A DNA stretch of 64,000 nt, taken from contig NC_068983.1 in assembly GCF_001194135.2 (NCBI RefSeq), forward strand, positions 28,288,298 through 28,352,297, written 5' to 3'. The first letter of the stretch is position 1. Every line of letters starts with the position of its first letter. The notes under the pieces are model-generated. The model did not search any database, was not told the DNA's origin, and saw nothing but the letters and a program-made list of their open reading frames with translations. Below, one piece after another: positions 52,181 to 64,000 of the stretch. This DNA comes from Octopus bimaculoides. Its lineage: Eukaryota. Position numbers and translations under genes: made by a program.

Positions 52181-52349
52181 TTATTTTTTGCTAGTTTATT
52201 TTCTCTCTTTGTCTTCTCTCCTGGTGATGTATGAATATTTAATGTGGTTTTAGAGTCAAGTTTTGGCTGCTATATCTAGAATGGTATCTTTTAGACACCC
52301 TAAATTATAATTTTATTTATATATACATATACTGAAAGTACACTCTGCC

Positions 52350-52580
52350 AGGCTATATGGACATGTTGCAAGACTCCCAGATATCAGGTGGATCCATGTA
52401 GTTGCTGAGTGGTATGCATGAGATCGGAAAAGGCCACTTGAAAGGCCTCCATAACAATGGGAAGATGATTTAGTTAAGCGATATGGGTCAAGATAGCAAA
52501 CAAAAAATTATATAATCAAGACAGGATTGGGAGCAAGCACATTGAGACCAACAGTGTACCATAGTATCTGCTGAGCTGGT
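52350..52580 (+). mobile_element. RTE-clade LINE C-terminal fragment, decayed
   Basis: RLYGHVARLPDIRWIHVVAEWYA*DRKRPLERPP*QWEDDL. Confidence 0.8.
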
Positions 52581-53260
52581 TGATACTGTGATATATACAC
52601 TCAGCCACCAACACTATATATTATCTTGCATAATTCAGACTGTGTCCAACTACACGTTACTCTGCACTAACTGCTATATTCAGTTCTTCATCCTTATAAT
52701 ATCAATCCTCTGACAATTCTTTTTAATGCATTTTTTTCCCTTGATGTTGTTCAAGAATACCAACTATATTAATGGCACAATTCTCAGAGTTCAATTCTTT
52801 CAAAGTAAAACATTTAAAAGATTAAATTACAAGCAAAGTTGATGCACTTGAACCTGTGTACACGACTCTTTTAGAAATATGTGCATAGAATGGCGGTAGC
52901 AGACAATTCCAGGAAGTTGCATATCCAAAGAGAAGAATTTGATAAAGCGTTTGGTATTAAACAACAGATGTCCAGAATCTGAGGAAACAGGTGGTGATGT
53001 GGGTCAGTAAAAATGAATCCACATGAGAGTTAGTTTGTAGAGTTGCTTTGATATGAAAAGGGAATGAATGGAACAGACTGAGAACTTGCTTTTGTTCTGA
53101 GAGTGAGAAAGAATATATGGCAACAGAGGATAAACAGAAACAGAGAATATAGAGAAACATAGACATAGTTGTGAGCATGAGAGAATATATAAAAACAAAG
53201 AATATATAGAGATACTGTTACCTTGGTTGCAAAATAGAGTATGTTTAATATAGAATCTGA

Positions 53261-53442
53261 TAGGCGTAGGAGCGGCTGTGTGGTAAGTAGCTTGTTTACG
53301 AACGGCATGGTTCCGGGTTCAGTCCCACTGCGTGGCACGTTGGGCAAGTGTCATCTGTTATAGCCTCAGGCTGACCAAAGCCTTGTGAGTGGATTTGATA
53401 GACGGAAACTGAAAGAAGCCCGTCGTATGTATGTATATATAC

Positions 53443-53480
<38 letters not shown>

Positions 53481-53696
53481 ATATGTTTGTGTGTCTGTGT
53501 TTGTCCCCCGAACATTGCTTGACAACCGATGCTGGTGTGTTTACATCCCTGTAACTTAGCAGTTCGGCAAAAGAGACCGATAGAATAAGTACTAGGCTTA
53601 CAAAGAATAAGTCCTGGGGTTGATTTGCTCGACTAAAAGGTGGTGCTCCAGCATGGCCACAGTCAAATGACTGAAACAAGTAAAAGAGTAAAAGAG
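53261..53696 (+). mobile_element. SINE family A, full length
   Basis: Consensus match. Confidence 0.95.
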
Positions 53697-54124
53697 GTGA
53701 AATACAGTAAGAATAGTGTAAAGATGGGAGGCAAGTGCTTTCAGGGAATTATACAATGATGGTGGAAATCAGAACTTTCTCTCTCTCACTCTTTTTTTCT
53801 CCCTCTTACTCACACTTACATATATCAAAGTTTCACCAAAAGAAACAATATGAAAGTGATAGACCAAATTAATCGAGTCACTGAACAAGTGATCTGTGCA
53901 AAGATCAAAGACAAACTTTCATCCAGTGAGTTATGTAACTTTAAACATACATATGTAAACTTATTCATAATTTGTTAGGTTGCTGTGTCTCACTAACTAA
54001 ATCAACAAACCAACACAAGGAATTTCATAATTTCTTTAAGCACTGAATTGCCAGCCAATAACCAAACTGGATTTGAGAAAATTTACAGCAGGTGTACATA
54101 ACTAATCAACATATGATAATTATT

Positions 54125-54469
54125 TTAACTCTTTAACATTCTGATTACTTTGTCGAATATAATGCATATTTATTCACATTGCTTTGAGTTAATCATGCTT
54201 TACCTAATAATTTTGAGATTTCAAAGATGTCATTCATTACTTCTAGAATGACATTGCAGAGTAGGTGTGATCAGTTTTTAACATAAAACAGGTAGAATAT
54301 TTGGGTCAGATATGAGTGGCTGTGTGGTAAGTAGCTTGCTTACCAACCACAGGGTTCCGGGTTCAGTCCCACTGTGTGGCACCTTAGGCAAGTGTCTTCT
54401 GCTATAGCCTCAGGCTGACCAAAGCCTTGTGAGTGGATTTGATAGATGGAAACTGAAAGAAGCCTGTCG

Positions 54470-54508
<39 letters not shown>

Positions 54509-54737
54509 CTGTATTTGCCTCCACAACATCGCTTGACAACTGATGGTGGTGTGTTTACGTCCCCGTAACTTAGCAGTTCGGCAAAAGAGACCGATAGAAT
54601 AAGTAGTAGGCTTACAAAGAATAAGTCCTGAGGGGGATTTGCTCGACTAAAGGCAGTGCTCCAGCATGGCCACAGTCAAATGACTGAATCAAGTAAAAGA
54701 GTAAATGGGAGAGAGAGTTTAAATGCTAAAGGGTTAA
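54125..54737. mobile_element. piggyBac-like MITE carrying SINE A (54314-54705, plus strand)
   Basis: TTAA-CTCTTT ... AAAGGG-TTAA ends. Confidence 0.8.
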
Positions 54738-57054
54738 CCTTTTAATGCCAACATCCCTGAGAATACCACTGGTTCTATGCTGCAATGTTTCAGTATTAAA
54801 GTTATTCAAATTAAAATTTCCTATTAAAATTTCTCGTTAATTTGTTTGAGGTATCAGCTTAATAATAACATACTTATTTTATATATTTATTATTTTTTTA
54901 AAAATTAATTGAAATAAAGGATAAACTAGGATTTTGGATCCATTTAGGGAAATAAAAGAAAGTAAGAGACAATCTTAACATGATTTCAACCAGCATAGCT
55001 TCCATAAAGAATAATTTTTAGAAAATTTCCAGAAACTTCCTGTTATTAACAAATTCTTGTGCTTAGTGATTTCATGGAGAATAATTAAGGCTAAAGATTG
55101 GTTGAAAATATTGTAAAATGTTTCTAAAAAAATAATGGAGCTTTTGCTTGAAACAGAGTCTAGAATTAAATGCTTGCATTTTCTTTTACAATATTATTCA
55201 GGAGAATCCATTAACAAGTGATTAGAATCCATCAGCTATTAATCAACCAGGTCTTTATTTGCAATAAATTACATCTTGCTGTTGTTTAACTGCATGTCAG
55301 TCCTAATCGAAGAGACTTAGAGTCAAAGGTATTCTATCCATGATCACCCCGTATTATAGTATATTTAAGAGTAGATTTTTCTAATCTGATTTTCTTTTTA
55401 ATGATAATAGCATGCTATTTAGGGAAGATTTGGTTGATCTTCTAGCAAGTAAAGTGACCATGTAAATGTTCTCTCATTGGTCTTTGTTACATGCTGTATC
55501 AGACTTTGGCCTTCAAACCAACTCACCATCATTTTATTCTTTAGTTTGGTGGGAAAAACATACTCATGACTCTTTGGAAGCCCTTTATGCCAGATGGAGG
55601 GTATACACAGGCCAGGGACCTAGCCCAAGGGCAACAGACTCTGCTAAAGACACTCAATGTGCTAGGTGGTGATGTTAAACTAGATGACTGATTAAATCTA
55701 CCTTGTCAAATGTAAATAATATTTCTGAATAATTATGGGAAGTAAAAATTTATACAGGGTAGAGTTTGTGTATTTAGAAGCACTACCAATATCAATCAAT
55801 AATTTAATTATCTGAATATATTTAATTTTCATGTTTTAAAATTGAACAGATTTTTTTTTTCCCACAAATTATATAACTTAGATAAATTATATAATTTTTA
55901 TAATTTCCTTTCTATTATAAATCAATAAAATACTTTGGTATTCAATGTATAAGCAGGTCTGTTTGTGTGTGTGTGCATGCGCGCATGTGTGTGCGTGCAT
56001 GTGTGAATGTGTGTGTTTGTATGTGTGTTTATCTGTTTATCTACATATCTGATTTGAGTTTATTCAGATGAGATATATTTTTGATTAATTTAGCTTTGTG
56101 AGTTTTACAATAAATTTGTCTTCAAAATATATATATTTTTTTTTTTTGGAAAACAACAAGTATTTACCAAAACAATGAAATATTCAAAATCAGCTTGCTT
56201 TGGTGCTAAGGGAGGAAAAATCCTTTAAATCAAAGCTATTTAATTCATTCGTCACAATGATTTCTCTCACTACTGGTTGTCATAGATACTGTATATTGAA
56301 GACATTTTCTTTGCTTCTTCTTCAATTAAACGGCTACAGATATGAATACGCAATTAAGACATTAGCTTCATAGCAAGATTGTTCTGGGTTCACTCTCACT
56401 GTATGACACCTTCTGCCATAGTCTTGTGAGTAAAATTTGATTGGTGGAAACTGCATGAAAGCCAACAGAAGGGATATCTCTGTTCTGAAACCATCATTTA
56501 GCTTAATATCATCACTTAGTCCTTGGATACCTGTAACAGAATGTTCTCTGCTACATACATTAGGACTAGGTCTCTAGTCTGAGGCTAACTTGCCCCCTTT
56601 CCACCAATGACAGAGACTATGGAAAGAGTCATGGTCCCCTTGATTTCTCTTCTAAGCTATAAAAAGCATAAATTGCAATGAAAATTTGTCTCAACTATTA
56701 TTTAATATTTACTATGCAGGCATGGCTTTCTGGTTAAGAAGTCCACTTTCCAAACACAGTATCAAAGCCAATCTCTCTAAACAGTATCCTATGCAAGTGT
56801 CTTCTGCTCAGGCCCTGGGTCAACAAAAGCTTTATGAAGGTACTGAGTAGAAGAAAACTGAAAGAAACCTGTGGGTGGGGGTATGTCTGTGCGCATGTGC
56901 ATGCATGTGTGTGTGTGTTTGCTCACATCCTCCAAAATCATTCAGCTATGAGCAGTTATGTTGCTCTCATTTTCTCTATCAATATGTCACCATCTGATTT
57001 TGCACCTTCAAAGATGTGTGGAATAAAATGTCCATTACTAGCTAAACAGGTAAG

Positions 57055-57131
57055 GGCTGGTGATAGGAAGGCTAGAGATAGGAAGACTAGTGATAAGAAG
57101 GCTAGCAATAGAGAAAGGCTGGCAATAAGAA
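57055..57131. repeat. 15-bp minisatellite, 5 units (GGCTAGTGATAGGAA-like)
   Basis: Direct inspection. Confidence 0.8.
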
Positions 57132-58156
57132 ATATATTATTGAAGTTGTGGACCAAGGCTTCAATAATATATTTGCCTAACACATGGGAAAACAGATGTA
57201 AAAATGAATTAGATATCCTACAATATATATTCCTGTTGTGAATCTGTGGTTATTTTCTGAGACAGTACACCACCAACATAAGCCAGCAAAGAAACTGAGT
57301 CAATGAAGGAACCTCCAGTTAGTCATCCGATCTTCAAGAAATCACAACCAAATATCCCTCAATATAGAATAAAGGACACATTAGATGTGTTCATTATACA
57401 TTGTACCGGCATAAAAATAGATGGATTGCTCAAGGCCAGGATAGCCTTTGATTAACAACCTGCTTTATCAGAACAATAACTTTTGCCATTATCCAACTTC
57501 ACTAAAACAAATCCTATTCAAACATAACCAACATTTTAATTAAGGAAAAAAAAAAAAAACATTAATTGGTGGAGAATTACTCAAACATACTTGTATTAAT
57601 TATTATTTTTCTTTACCTTTATGTTTTAAATGAACATTTACTAATGTCACATGGCTTAATCTACAACTTCCCAAGTTAATATGATCGATGTGGAGCTTCC
57701 AGAAGATTATAAATATATAATTAGTTTTAAGGATTTTATAGTTTCATAGTAAATTACGTGTTAGCATACTTGATAAAAGTAAATCAAAATAATTTTATTA
57801 ATTATAAAAAAGTATGCTATTTATGATGAAAACAAATCAGTCTGCAAATTACTAATTCTGGTACAAAAAAATAAAAAGCAAGGGAGACAATCCTGAAATG
57901 AATTAAACATGGAATGAATTTAATCTTGGCAGTACAGCAACAACTTCAAAGATATCTAAGTTTTATTAGATCTCATTAGCCTAACTCCAACCACAAGATC
58001 TTAAAATGACGATGATATTCTAAATAAGACAATAAAATACCCCTGCTGAGTATTGTTAGTTATACCATCATTGAAAAGCCCCACTCATCTACAGCTTGTT
58101 ATAGTGTATACAGTAGTACCTCGGTTTTCAAATGACTCTGATCGTGAATAAATCAT

Positions 58157-58339
58157 GGTGACACGTAAAAGCACCCACTACACTCTCTGAGTGGTTGGCG
58201 TTAGGAAGGGCATCCAGCTGTAGAAACTCTGCCAAATCAGATTGGAGGTTGGTGTTGCCATCTGGTTTCACCAGTCCTCAGTCAAATCGTCCAACCCATG
58301 CTAGCATGGAAAGCGGACGTTAAACGATGATGATGATGA
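58157..58339 (+). mobile_element. Family C element, young
   Basis: Only a handful of substitutions versus 17270-17460. Confidence 0.9.
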
Positions 58340-58905
58340 AATAGTGTACATTTAAACACAAGAGAAAACTGCCTTCAATAGGCAGTTTTTACATGCTAGA
58401 AGAAGTAGTCAAAACCACATTTAAGAGCAATCTTCAAAAGGAATGAAGAATAAAAACTTTTACCTTGTTGTTTTATTCAGATCAGACCTCAGTTTCAAAA
58501 TTTGTTTAGCAAATAACATAATTTGCTAGGCAAATTTTTCATCAGTGACCGTAACATTAACATATAATCAAGAGACGAATAACACAAGTCTCATTGTTAT
58601 ACATTATAATTTTTCAAATTCACCACGTAAGTGCATTTACAGTCGGCTGCTGACTGAAACTGCACTTGCGAGGTGAATTTGAAATTCTCACTGATGAGAA
58701 CTTCACCTGGCAAATTATTTTATTTGCTACATAAATTTTGAAATCTAGGTCTGACCAGAATAAAATAGCAAGGTAAAAGTTTTATTTTTCATTCCTTTTG
58801 AAGATTGCTCTTAAATGTGGTTTTAGTCGTTTTGACTACTTCTTCTAGCATGTAAAAACTGCCTGTTGAAGGCAGTTTTCTCTTGTGTTTAAATGTACAC
58901 TATTT
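58339..58905. repeat. 567-bp foldback (long inverted repeat)
   Basis: First 76 bp of the arms have 1 mismatch; complementarity continues to a 7-nt central loop (CAGTC GGCTGCT GACTG) with a ~65-nt extra segment in the left arm. Confidence 0.95.
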
Positions 58906-58996
58906 TATGTTAAGAATATGTTGTCTATTGACTTTTTATACATGCTGGGCCACTGGTAGGGAAATTTCTAAAAAAACTCACTACCCTATATTTTAC

Positions 58997-59045
<49 letters not shown>

Positions 59046-60381
59046 AAGCATGATTTATTCGTGATCAGAGGTGTTCGTAAGCTGAAGTACTACTGTATGT
59101 ATATATAATGGTTTCTAATTTTAGGCATAGGGACAGCAATTTTGAAGGCTGGGTTGGTTAGTGATAACAATGACTCATGTTGTTCACTGATACAATATTT
59201 TCTTAGATCACAGAAGGATAAAAAAAAAACAGTGTTGACCTCAGCAAGATTTGAACTCAGAACCTTTATTGTTGTTGCTGCTGTTTTGTAACAAGTCAGC
59301 CCTGATCATACAGATTTACAGTCAAGGAAGTTACAGTTGTGACCATCACATTTGTTAGACATAGTTTATCTCATTTCATATATTTCCCCAAGAGAAAGTG
59401 GTGGGTGTGATTTGAAAGAGCTTTAACTGCTATTTCAAACAGATCAACCAAACACATAGCAATCACACCAACCAAATTAATGGGAGAGGAGGAGGACCTG
59501 TTGCCCTCCACTCAGCCACCCATTCATAATTACGAAATAAACAAGCAAACAAAATACAAACACACAAACAAAAGATATTTGTAAAATTTATTTAATAATT
59601 AAAAATCATTACTTTAAATATAATTTGGAAAGTAACCTTTATCCAGTACTAGAAGTGATTCAAGTCTCAGCAGAAGAGGACTGGCTTTAAGCATGACTAA
59701 ATGTGACAGCTACTGTGAAGCAACTCATCTGGCATTAATTCAATAATTCACCATTTTGCACAAATCACAGGCACATTGAAGTTATTTTGGTGTACAGAGT
59801 TGTTTTTCAATTTCAATATAAATTTTGATTGTAAAATTTTTTTTTTAATTATATCATTACATATAAATTATATTATGTTAGGCAATTTATGTACTATGGT
59901 TTGGTATTCCAATCTCAATTAAAGTTTTATTTTTTTATACTACCCTGAGCTAGCATGGAAATAAAAATGATGAGGATGATGATGACGACGGTGATGATAA
60001 TGACGACAATGACAATGATGACGACGACGACAAGGAAGGAAAGAAACAGAAGCATTAAAATAATATTTCACATGGCTTTCTGACAATATACATATATATA
60101 TTTGCACACGCACAAACAGACATACATATATATGCACACACATACATACATACACACACATTCATACACACACATATATATATTATTTTCTTTTTGTTCC
60201 TATTTTGGCACTGGTTACCTAACAACTGAGTTGTGGAAAAACTTAAAAGTGCTTGGATTCTCCAATAGAGAACAAAGCAAACTGATTGACGTTTTTGAGA
60301 CAGTTGATCAGAAGAGCAGTAAAAATGTGTAAAACATTTCAAGTATTTTACACTTCTATGTTTAAGAGATGAGGAATTATG

Positions 60382-60757
60382 TACATTATTTACATTATTT
60401 ACATTATTTACACTATTTACATATGCCCACGGGCATATGGCTTAGTGGTTAAGAGCACGGGCTACTAACCCCAAGATTCCGAGTCTGATTCCAAGCAGTG
60501 ACCTGAACAATAACAATAATAATAATAATAATAATAATAGTAATAATAATAATAATAATAATAACAATAATAATAACAATAATAACAACAACATTGAAAA
60601 ATACCTTAGGAATGAGAACCCAGATTCCAAACTTCCCCAAGACACCTGAAGAATGCTGGAGGGTATATCAGCCAAAACGTTGTGTTGACAACAAACAAAA
60701 TGAGGACAAATATCCTTCAAATGTAAATAATGTAAATAATGTAAATAATGTTAATAA
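60382..60757 (+). mobile_element. Family E: tRNA-Ser-like head + (AAT)n + Penelope-like hammerhead tail, with an inverted copy of the tail at the 5' end
   Basis: A box TGGCTTAGTGG (60438), GGG-CT-ACT-AA-CCC anticodon-like arm, B-box-like GAGTCTGATTCC; (AATGTAAAT)n tail at 60721-60757 and its reverse complement at 60382-60422. Confidence 0.85.
60641..60686 (+). ncRNA. Minimal hammerhead (ACGU family), mutated
   Basis: GACAC CTGAAGA A TGCTG GAGGGTATAT CAGCC AAAA CG TT/GTGTT; G12 changed to A and C17 changed to U, both consistent with CpG decay. Confidence 0.65.
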
Positions 60758-61571
60758 CATTTCAAGGATTCTTCATTTGAGGTTCTCAGGTGAACATATG
60801 CACACAAGACCCACACATACAAACGTGATATTTATATGCACACATATAAACAGCAAGGAAGCTTACATGTATTCTACAGACACTCACACACATGAGTGCA
60901 AGCTTATCCTCAAGCACACAACACACACACGTGCATACATCAAACAATTCAGGTAATCATAAACCCTAAGAGATGGTTTAATTTAGGGAAAAGACCCTTG
61001 CTATGTTGTTAGTGACTGGGTTGAATTCCACAAAAGGAAAAACATACTGATTTCAAAGATATATGCATATGTAACTTATCTGAAGTCTAAGTTTCATCCA
61101 TCCATCTTTCCTCAAAATGTTCCATTATTACCATGGTCCCATTATTGTCATGAAAGCAGGAAAACTTAATTTTAAAAAATTTCAATTAGTTGGGCACAGC
61201 AGTTTAATGGCAACAGATATTTTATTGCAGAAGATTAAGCAGCATGTCATGTTTTAATCCAAAGGTCATTATGAGTGGATATTCAGTTCCTGAGCAGCCT
61301 GGTGAAGATTACAATGGTAGTTTTTGCCAATGAGATTTTGGTACTACTACACATGAGCTTTAATCATGTTTGTAATTGAAAGCACTTTAGAACCTGCTTA
61401 ATCTTGTAGCTTCACGTTAAAACAATCTCTTGTCTTTTGTTCAGTATCTCAAAAGATTGCATAAATATATTATATTATTCAGTGAGGTATAATAGGTATT
61501 TCTTCATTATTTTCATAAAAAGATCAGTGGATTCAATACTAAACCAAAATATTTTGATATTATTGATTCCT

Positions 61572-61722
61572 TTCTCATTCTCGTTCCAGATATTGTGGCA
61601 CTCCATTGGTTATGACAATGAGGGTTCCAGTTGATCTGATCAATGGAACAGCCTGCTCATGAAATTAACAGGCAAGTGGCTGAGCACTCCACAGACGCAT
61701 GTACCCTTAACATAGTTCTCTT
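61572..61722 (-). mobile_element. SINE family D 3' fragment
   Basis: TGGCACTCC...GAGGGTTCC...GTACCCTTAACATAGTTCTC matches 31355-31480. Confidence 0.85.
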
Positions 61723-61787
61723 TGTAGCTTCAAATATATACATACACACACATATATANNNNNNNNNNTACACATACATAAATACAT

Positions 61788-61841
<54 letters not shown>

Positions 61842-63200
61842 CCAGTTTGATGTTATGCTATTCACAAGGTTTGTATTATATTATATAGCAGTTTGGTGGT
61901 ATACTATTCACTAGTTTGCAAACTGTTCATTTTTGAGTTATGAAATGTATCTATAAATGTGTTTATAAATTATATTCATACACACTTATCTACCCCTGCA
62001 GGTTCTAAAGAAAGAAAACTAATGTCAATGGCTTTCAAAGACCTTCATAAAAAGTATTGCATGGAATATGGATGGATGTCATTCCTATCATCAACAATTT
62101 TACAACATCAGCCAGTACAGTTCATCCTGTTGACAGCAATGAAATGCTGGTCTATATAGGAAAATATAGTTTTGTTTACTCTCTATCAGCTTTTATTCAG
62201 AATTACTGCTCACCAAGGCAGGTTGCCTACATACAACTTGTGTAATGCTCATCTTTTCCATTCATTCTAAATATTATATTGTCATGAATGTGGATACGAG
62301 TAGGGAGGTTGAACATGTGCGGATATGTGTGTGTGTGGGTTTTGTAATTTTTGTTTTAATAGTATTGTTTTCTTATTGTATAAAGCCATTCCAGTTTAAA
62401 GGTAAATTAATCTGTAGAGATAAAATTCAAAGTAGTGAATATTTTTTGAAAAGTATTTGGAGCTTATTTACTGGAAGTAAAGTTACCAAAAGAACGAGTT
62501 CTCTGAAACAGATCTGAATGTTAGCTTTCTTACTTTAAGTTGAATAAGCATAATTTTAAATATAGTTTGGTATTTTTTGTTTTCTGCAAAGGTCAACAAG
62601 CTTGGTCAGACATGAGATTTACATCTTGTTTGACTAGTCGACACCTAAAGACAGTTTCTGTCATAACAACATGAACATAAATAATGTGTCTAGAAGCAGT
62701 CAGTTCCTACAAGCTGGGAATAATTTATTTATATTTTGCAGATTGTTTATCTCTAGTCAATACCTTCAAGCTGTGTGTATGTGTCTCTCTCTTCCTATAA
62801 ATATTTATTTAAAATGTTACAAATAAACTGATAATATTCTATCAAAATACTGTTCCAATATTCTGTTGTCTACAAATTCTGAGTAGTTTCTTTACAGAGT
62901 ACATTCTACAGAAGCCTTGACACGATATAACTTAATAAGACAAAGAATTTTAATAATAATAATAACTGTCTAACTTAGATGCATGGCCTGAAATATGACG
63001 GGAGGTGATTGGTCAGTTTAATCAACCCCAGTATTTGACTGATACATCTACCAATACCAAAGGGATGTAAAGTTAAATAAACCCTGTGGGGAGTTGAGCT
63101 CAGAATATAAAGAAATGGAACAAACAACACAAGGCATATTATCTAAAGATTCTACCAATGTATTGCGCTTTTAGTAATAATAAAACTAATGATAATTTCT

Positions 63201-63480
63201 ACTAAAGGTACAAGGCATGACATTTAGGGGAGGGATATAGTTGATTACATCGACCCCAGTGCTTAATTGGTACTTGTTTCATCCACCCCAAAGGTTGAAA
63301 GGCAAAGTCGACCTCGGTGGAATTTGAATTCTGAATGTAAAACAGACGAAATACCGCTAAGCATTTCATCTGACATGCTAATGTTTCTGCCAGAAATCGA
63401 CATTTGAACTCAAAAAGTAAAGTCAGAAGAAATGCTTCTGAATATTTTGTCTGGTAATGAGTCTGCCAGCTTGCCACCTT
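63201..63480 (-). mobile_element. SINE family B variant preceded by a second, older B head
   Basis: Two CTGCCAG/ATTTGAACTC head sets. Confidence 0.8.
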
Positions 63481-63755
63481 AATAATAACAAGAGTGCAAA
63501 CCTCTGCCAGTGCAACACCAACATCCTCTCAACAATTAACTGGAGATGATTTTTACAATGAGAATATCTGAAATAAAATCCTTCAATGAAAATATCATGA
63601 GATTTTTTGGTTTTCTCTTCTCTTAAATTCTGGTCTTCCTTTAGCAATCCTGTTTTTTGAGATCGATGTATAAAATTATGTATATATGTAAGTATACTGT
63701 AAAGTGTTAAAATGTATGTATAATCACCTAATGTAATAATGAGCATTGTCTTTTT

Positions 63756-63984
63756 CGACGCCTGTTGGGTTCAGCTGCTCTACATTGATAAGGGGCAAAC
63801 ATCCTGAAACTAGTCTGTAGATGCCAGACCAGCAAGGGGAAGTGGCTGACCTCCCCTGTTCAAAGGTTATAATGGACACAGATTCGTGTGTCACATAGCT
63901 AGCTAGAGGTGATGACCTCTTGGAGCTAATCAACGGCAGCATTCATCCTATTTTTATGGACTGCCATGTTAGCCTGGCAATAAC
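63756..63984 (+). mobile_element. Short hammerhead-bearing element, copy 2
   Basis: Homologous to 4897-5120 from CGACGCCTG to GGC(G/A)ATAAC. Confidence 0.75.
63777..63824 (+). ncRNA. Minimal type-I hammerhead with U3:A8 core variant, GAAA intact
   Basis: CTACA TTGATAA GGGG CAAACA TCCT GAAA CTAG TC/TGTAG; G10.1-U11.1 wobble; cleavage after 63815. Confidence 0.75.
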
Positions 63985-64000
63985 TATTAATATATATATA

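Larger units (their letters stand above)
58111..59095. mobile_element. pogo/Tigger-like non-autonomous DNA transposon with nested content
   Basis: ~47-bp imperfect TIRs CAGTAGTAC(C/T)TC...GAATAAATCATG, TA TSD at 58109-58110 and 59096-59097. Confidence 0.8.

Noticed and set aside
56834-57241. 135-aa ORF, among the longest gap-free ORFs in the track
   Set aside because: Starts in a decayed SINE A and runs through a TG tract and a 15-bp minisatellite; no domain recognised
60382-60422. Regularly spaced 9-mer repeats (and other short arrays) as a possible CRISPR-like array
   Set aside because: Head-to-tail tandem units without spacers, in a eukaryotic repeat tail
664-63942. Most ORFs in the supplied track (poly-HT, CV, YI, N, D, M runs; SINE-derived peptides; X-filled ORFs)
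   Set aside because: They are stop-free by-products of microsatellites, N gaps or SINE sequence, with no protein-like composition

Overview
AT-rich, repeat-dominated eukaryotic DNA from a gapped scaffold with 6 N-runs. The SINE repertoire and the density of (TA)n/(CA)n/(AAT)n/(GAT)n tracts point to an octopus (coleoid cephalopod) genome; this is an inference, not a database result. I can support no complete protein-coding gene. Almost all listed ORFs are microsatellite or SINE artefacts, and only weak candidate exons of an unidentified host gene are visible. The window holds about 16 substantial copies of a tRNA/CORE-like SINE (family A), about 10 of a second tRNA-headed SINE (family B), RTE-tailed elements (C), a third tRNA-SINE (D), 3' fragments of R4/Dong, RTE and CR1-like LINEs, a full-length decayed DD36E Tc1 element, piggyBac-like and pogo-like MITEs, and a 567-bp foldback. 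The most notable signal is seven minimal type-I hammerhead ribozyme motifs in four unrelated short element families, each family with its own palindromic stem III. They include a U3:A8 compensatory core variant (two copies), an intact canonical core, and a tRNA-Ser-headed SINE whose tail is a Penelope-type hammerhead region with Penelope-style inversions. Family B SINEs also recur at the same sites inside other SINEs.
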